From an uncultured Candidatus Saccharibacteria bacterium (GTDB lineage Bacteria > Patescibacteriota > Minisyncoccia > Phycocordibacterales > UBA1550): a stretch of 50,930 nt of DNA. A model generated the notes under the pieces. That model was not told where the DNA came from and did not search any database. It was given only the letters and a program-made list of their open reading frames with translations. The stretch lies in the NCBI GenBank assembly GCA_964642305.1, contig CAZXOE010000001.1, forward strand, positions 1-50,930, read 5' to 3'. Below are positions 48,651-50,930 of the stretch, in pieces (the first letter of the stretch is position 1; each line of letters starts with the position of its first letter). The translations under genes and the position numbers were made by a program.

Positions 48651-49361
48651 TTACTCACGATCATTGTGTCTATTCTTAACATATCGATACCCTAGAACTA
48701 TTATTAGGACAAGTATCGCAATGAACACGATACTATTACCCTCAATAATATTAGCAATATTTGCAAGCTGTGTCGTCGCTATGCCTCGTCTTGTCTCTTT
48801 TTTGATACTGCCAATATCATCAATGATGGGTTGTATTGTTATTTCCTGACTTACCGGAATGGTGGTCTCATGAGAAGGGATATTCTGTTGAATAGCCTTT
48901 TCAATCAAGTACACTCCGCTAGTAGAAATACTTGAAAGAGAAAATCCTTTCCCAATTACATCAACTCCTGAAATACCCAATTCAGCATTCCCAATGCGCA
49001 TAGCTCTAACATCTGCTTGTATAATTTCTAAATCATGTGAGGTCCCAGAGGGGATCCCTACAAGGAAATATGGCTTCTCGCACGTGGGAGTAGACTGAGG
49101 TATAAGTCCTTCAGCGAGTTTAATATTCTGGCATGACAAACCATCAAGAGAAAGTGTCCCTTCAACAGCATACACAATATCCCCTCCTGTTTTTACAACT
49201 ATAGAGGTCGTAAAAGTATTACCCAACTTTTCAGAAAGAGACGCCGGCGCAACAACAAGGGAGACACTAGTAGTGCTTACAGCCTGAGCTACGCCAGTAG
49301 CCATAGCAAAAATAGCGCATGTTATCAAACTTTTTACGATAATGTTTTTCATATTATTCAT
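48651..49361 (-). CDS. Cell-surface cohesin-like domain protein (signal peptide plus C-terminal TM anchor)
   Basis: Signal MNNMKNIIVKSLITCAIFAMATGVAQA. Beta-rich domain (VSLVVAPASLSEKLGNTFTTSIVVKTGGDIVYAVEGTLSLDG) resembling cohesin. C-terminal TM IVFIAILVLIIVLGY plus a basic tail. Confidence 0.6.
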   Translation of the reverse strand: MNNMKNIIVKSLITCAIFAMATGVAQAVSTTSVSLVVAPASLSEKLGNTFTTSIVVKTGGDIVYAVEGTLSLDGLSCQNIKLAEGLIPQSTPTCEKPYFLVGIPSGTSHDLEIIQADVRAMRIGNAELGISGVDVIGKGFSLSSISTSGVYLIEKAIQQNIPSHETTIPVSQEITIQPIIDDIGSIKKETRRGIATTQLANIANIIEGNSIVFIAILVLIIVLGYRYVKNRHNDRE

Positions 49362-49374
49362 TATTAATCTGTAA

Positions 49375-50930
49375 TTAATTCGTCCACGCTGACATCAAAA
49401 GCGCAAAGTCGTATTTATCCACCTTGCCATCCTTGTTAATGTCTGCAATTGAGCCAATTCCTTTACCCCACTCAGCCATAAGGAGAGCAAAGTCATATTT
49501 ATTTACAATATGATCGCTGTTAAGATCGCCTACAATGGCACTGAGTAGTGCCTGCGCGAATGAACTCCATCCGCCACCTCCACCGCCACCTCCAGTTGGC
49601 ACAACTGCTGGTGTTGATACAGCCGTTACGTTCAAATTTGATGAAGACGATAGTCCGTATTGGTCAGAAAGCAAGAGCGATATAGTGTACACGCCTGGTG
49701 TGCTATATGTGTGTGTCTGATTATTCCCTATCAACGCAGAGCTTACAGGCACTGTTACGCCATCTCCAAAGCTCCAGAAATAATTCCACGAATCAGGGAG
49801 CGACGAACTATTAGGATCGCTTGAAGTATCTGTGATCGTTGCAAACAGATCATTTATTGAAGCGATAAATGATGCCACAGGAGCATAATTTACCAATGAC
49901 GTAAGAAGAGTTGGTATTGAGATAGAGAGAGTGGTTGTGCCGTTTGGCAATAGGATTGACCCACTTGTCATTACACCATTCGCAATAACCGCATCTGTAA
50001 GTGTCGTATTGTTAATTATTGAATCAACGATAGATGTCGTTGATCCCGTTGACTGTACATTATTTAGGACTGATGTAGATATATTCCCTCCATTAATAGT
50101 AGATGTTGCTATTGTTGATCCACCAATAGCCGTATCAGTAAGAACTGAATTAGTAATAGTAGAATTGGTAATAGTAGATGTTGCCACAGTAGAACTTGCC
50201 ATACTACTTTCTATTATTAGGCTATCGTTAATCTCTGAGTATACGGATGTAGAGCTTGCAACAGTGGTGTCAGTAATAATAGAGGTATCAATGATTGACG
50301 CGGTCGAAGTTGAAGTTGTGATAGCTGAGTCTGTAACAGTGCTATCGGCAATCGTAGAGGTTGCAACAGTTGTATCGACAAGAGTTGAGGTCTCAATGAT
50401 TGACGCTGTCGAGGTGGAAGTTGTGACAGTTGAGTCTGTAACAGTGCTGTCGGCAATTGTAGACGTTGCAACAGTGGTATCGGTGATCACAGACGTATCA
50501 ATAACAGATGCTGTTGAGGTTGAGGTAGCGACTGACGAATCGGTAACAGTGCTGTCGGCGATTGTAGACGTTGCAACAGTGGTATCGACAAGAGTTGAGG
50601 TCTCAATAACAGATGCTGTTGAGGTTGAGGTGGTGATTGTTGAATCTGTAATTGTGCTGTCTGCAACAGTAGAAGTTGCGACAGTGGTGTCGGTGATCAC
50701 AGACGTATCAATAACAGACGCGGTCGAAGTTGAAGTTGTGATAGCTGAGTCTGTAACAGTGCTATCGGCAATTGTAGACGTTGCGACTGTTGTGTCAGTA
50801 ATATCAGATGTGTCAATAATTGACGCTGTCGAAGTTGAGGTTGTGATAGCTGAGTCTGTAACAGTGCTGTCGGCAATTGTAGACGTTGCAACAGTGGTAT
50901 CGACAAGAGTTGAGGTCTCAATAACAGATG
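49375..50930 (-). CDS. Large surface protein: Thr/Ser-rich 35-aa tandem repeats, PKD-like domain, Gly8 linker, C-terminal dockerin (N-terminus outside window)
   Basis: The frame stays open beyond the track's GVG-type start at 50700 up to the window edge. Dockerin duplicated motif: GDLNSDHIVNKYDFALLM...DINKDGKVDKYDFALLM. PKD-like segment: WSFGDGVTV...HTYSTPGVYTISL. Confidence 0.75.
   Translation of the reverse strand, partial: SVIETSTLVDTTVATSTIADSTVTDSAITTSTSTASIIDTSDITDTTVATSTIADSTVTDSAITTSTSTASVIDTSVITDTTVATSTVADSTITDSTITTSTSTASVIETSTLVDTTVATSTIADSTVTDSSVATSTSTASVIDTSVITDTTVATSTIADSTVTDSTVTTSTSTASIIETSTLVDTTVATSTIADSTVTDSAITTSTSTASIIDTSIITDTTVASSTSVYSEINDSLIIESSMASSTVATSTITNSTITNSVLTDTAIGGSTIATSTINGGNISTSVLNNVQSTGSTTSIVDSIINNTTLTDAVIANGVMTSGSILLPNGTTTLSISIPTLLTSLVNYAPVASFIASINDLFATITDTSSDPNSSSLPDSWNYFWSFGDGVTVPVSSALIGNNQTHTYSTPGVYTISLLLSDQYGLSSSSNLNVTAVSTPAVVPTGGGGGGGGWSSFAQALLSAIVGDLNSDHIVNKYDFALLMAEWGKGIGSIADINKDGKVDKYDFALLMSAWTN
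50215..50930 (-). repeat. 105-bp (35-codon) in-frame tandem repeat array, at least 6.5 units, continuing past the window edge
   Basis: The block gagtctgtaacagtgctRtcggcaatYgtagaSgttgcaacagt recurs near 50328, 50432, 50537, 50643, 50748 and 50852. Confidence 0.85.

Noticed and set aside
50217-50921. Track ORFs 50217-50471 and 50697-50921 (Leu/Gln/Pro-rich), and the GTG start at 50700 for the repeat protein.
   Set aside because: They are alternative frames of the 105-bp tandem repeat. The Thr/Ser-rich frame is continuous with the PKD/dockerin part and stays open to the window edge, so the real gene is 5'-truncated by the window.
50215-50930. Regularly spaced repeats considered as a CRISPR array; the 40-nt composite repeats at 42071 and 42537 also considered.
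   Set aside because: The 105-bp units are contiguous, in-frame coding repeats without unique spacers. The island repeats are irregularly spaced and imperfect. No cas genes are present.
1-50930. Alternative genetic code (UGA recoding, as in some candidate phyla).
   Set aside because: All recognisable housekeeping genes are full length with the standard code, and I saw no pattern of conserved genes broken at in-frame UGA.

Overview
Gene-dense, moderately AT-rich (about 40% GC by eye) bacterial chromosome segment that reads cleanly with the standard genetic code. The gene content includes compact housekeeping genes, the dcw cluster mraZ-rsmH-ftsL-ftsI-murF, mreB-mreC-mreD-mrdA plus a second mreB, and a truncated Rel next to a small alarmone hydrolase. 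It also includes many tiny membrane proteins, a cohesin/dockerin surface pair, near-consensus TTGAC-N16/17-TGnTATACT promoters and very long perfect hairpins. This resembles Patescibacteria/CPR (Parcubacteria-like) genomes, but that assignment is inference only. I support about 60 CDS and 2 tRNAs (Glu-CTC, Asn-GTT), with no rRNA, CRISPR array, integrase or transposase. Most unusual parts: (1) The tRNA-Asn locus (41.5-44.5 kb) has two degenerate tRNA-like units co-transcribed upstream of the tRNA and several relics of the tRNA 3' end. It also has a base-perfect 547-bp direct repeat pair, each copy carrying a strongly promoted 68-aa zinc-ribbon gene; the pair brackets a NYN-RNase gene and small-RNA candidates. 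(2) A six-gene operon (7.9-11.9 kb) combines a 2-TM bis-His peptide, an FNR-like reductase, three FMN_bind domains and ApbE. (3) A GC-richer two-gene plus-strand cassette of unknown function with duplicated 33-nt promoters sits between proS and rseP. (4) A ~335-nt promoter-to-terminator structured RNA of unrecognised family lies between dprA and topA. (5) A displaced, synonymously diverged copy of the topA 3' end lies exactly 300 nt downstream of the real one. (6) A long-range helix plus uORF sits in the hpf leader. Hairpin and promoter coordinates were derived by hand and may be off by 1-2 nt. All family assignments rest on motifs read by eye, not on searches.
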